Assembly: GCA_035623825.1 (NCBI GenBank)
Contig: DASPSR010000067.1
Location: 1 to 26,737, forward strand
Source of the DNA: Nitrospirota bacterium
Lineage (GTDB): Bacteria; Nitrospirota; UBA9217
Reading direction: 5' to 3'
Length of the DNA: 26,737 nt
The notes beneath the pieces are model-generated. The model was not told where the DNA came from, made no database searches, and saw only the letters and a program-made list of their open reading frames with translations. Made by a program: the position numbers and the translations under genes. This document shows, one piece after another, positions 25,796-26,737 of this stretch. Numbering within the stretch: position 1 is the stretch's first letter; the number at the start of each line of letters is the position of its first letter.

Positions 25796-26407
25796 CTATT
25801 GAGCACTAAAACTTAAGCAATTCCCCTTGGTTACGCCATTGAGATCGTCTGAATTTGCAGTACCAGTGGTAGAAACGGGAACCTCGGCAGCAGTAAGTGG
25901 AGTCTCAACGAAACTACTGGCTCTATACGACGATGTGCTGTCAGAATCCCTACCATAGCATGCGTTACCAGATGTATGCTTTGCCACAATAACGTAGGCG
26001 GTGTCGTTTACGTCTGGTGCTCCCGGGGCAGTGCCGGATACACCAATAATAACATTATTGCTTACAGAAAATCCAGCTGTACCCCGCTGATTAAAGAGAT
26101 AGGCACCAGAAACAGTCGATGTGGCAGGGTTTTGCGGACCAGCAACGATGACTGGACCAGCTCCGGCGACGCCTGTTGTCCCTGGCAGCACGGCAGAAGC
26201 AATTTCTCCGTAAGCCTGCGTGTCCGCGAACATAGCCTCTTGGGTCGTCGCAAGGTTCCTTGCGTCAGAGTTAGCTGAAGCATTAAACCCTTTTATCCGG
26301 TACGAGCTGATCATCGGGATCGCGATGGCTGCGAGGATCGCGATAATGGAGACCACGATCAACAGTTCGATAAGGGTAAAACCACGACTATTCTTTGTTT
26401 TGCCCAT
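25796..26407 (-). CDS. pilA: Type IVa prepilin, downstream copy
   Basis: KNSRG|FTLIELLIVVSIIAILAAIAIP class III signal; two C-terminal Cys. Confidence 0.92.
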   Translation of the reverse strand: MGKTKNSRGFTLIELLIVVSIIAILAAIAIPMISSYRIKGFNASANSDARNLATTQEAMFADTQAYGEIASAVLPGTTGVAGAGPVIVAGPQNPATSTVSGAYLFNQRGTAGFSVSNNVIIGVSGTAPGAPDVNDTAYVIVAKHTSGNACYGRDSDSTSSYRASSFVETPLTAAEVPVSTTGTANSDDLNGVTKGNCLSFSAQ

Positions 26408-26439
26408 ATTCGTTCTACCCGTGAAATTAGATAAGATAC

Positions 26440-26469
26440 AAAGCCGCCCGGGTCAATGACCGGGCGGCT
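26440..26469 (-). terminator. Intrinsic terminator after the upstream pilin
   Basis: Perfect 10-bp stem AGCCGCCCGG/CCGGGCGGCT followed by TTGTATCTT (short U tract). Confidence 0.75.
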
Positions 26470-26491
26470 AACGGTTCACGACAGGCCCATT

Positions 26492-26737
26492 TTACTGGGC
26501 ACCAAAGTTTGCGCAAGTCCCCTTGGTTACGCCATTGAGATCGTCCGGGTTTGCCGTACCAGTGGTAGAAGCGGGGACTTCACCAGTAGTAAGTGGCACC
26601 CCGGCAAGACCCTGCGCCCGGTAAGACGACGTGCTGTCAGAATCCCTACCGTAGCATGCGTTACCAGATGTATGCTTTGCCACAATAACGTAGGCGGTGT
26701 TGTTGACTGCAGGCGCTCCAGGGGCAGTGCCGGATAC
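26492..26737 (-). CDS. pilA: Type IVa pilin, upstream copy (3' part only; cut by the window edge)
   Basis: The 81 visible residues are 65/81 identical to the C-terminus of the 25796-26407 pilin. Confidence 0.88.
   Translation of the reverse strand, partial: VSGTAPGAPAVNNTAYVIVAKHTSGNACYGRDSDSTSSYRAQGLAGVPLTTGEVPASTTGTANPDDLNGVTKGTCANFGAQ

Noticed and set aside
25796-26737. Diversity-generating retroelement TR/VR pair or invertible pilin switch
   Set aside because: Differences are not adenine-specific, the copies are in direct orientation, and no reverse transcriptase or invertase is in the window
7399-26737. A single c-di-GMP circuit joining the PilZ quartet, the cyclase and the pili
   Set aside because: Attractive, but the loci are separated by unrelated housekeeping operons; proximity alone is not evidence

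Overview
Bacterial chromosomal window. Gene content and style suggest a Nitrospirota- or deltaproteobacteria-like organism (inference only). 1-3700 is an AT-richer stretch of small genes: three unlisted ~50-aa membrane peptides, a Lys-rich secreted protein, a hemerythrin-like protein, a Zn-ribbon membrane protein and a candidate ~100-nt structured RNA. Next come a SplB/Rv2578c-like radical SAM gene, an MFS transporter and a tandem-duplicated YtxH protein. A tandem array of four paralogous receiver(REC)-PilZ genes (7.4-10.8 kb) follows, each with a different defect in the phosphorylation site. The housekeeping core is accA, phoH-pgpH-like HD-ybeY-dgkA/PAP2-roadblock, cobA/btuR, Fe/Mn SOD and PBP1A. 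Then comes a membrane HAMP-GGDDF diguanylate cyclase coupled to a TPR/coiled-coil lipoprotein; the pair looks like a GlrK(QseE)/QseG module rewired to c-di-GMP. The right end is a type IVa pilus locus: two tandem ~80%-identical pilins, a TPR protein and PilH/PilI/PilG-like ABC accessory genes. No rRNA, tRNA, CRISPR array or transposase was seen. The best candidates for undescribed systems are the REC-PilZ quartet, the QseEG-like cyclase-lipoprotein pair and the duplicated pilin cassette. All alignments were done by eye; no database searches were run.
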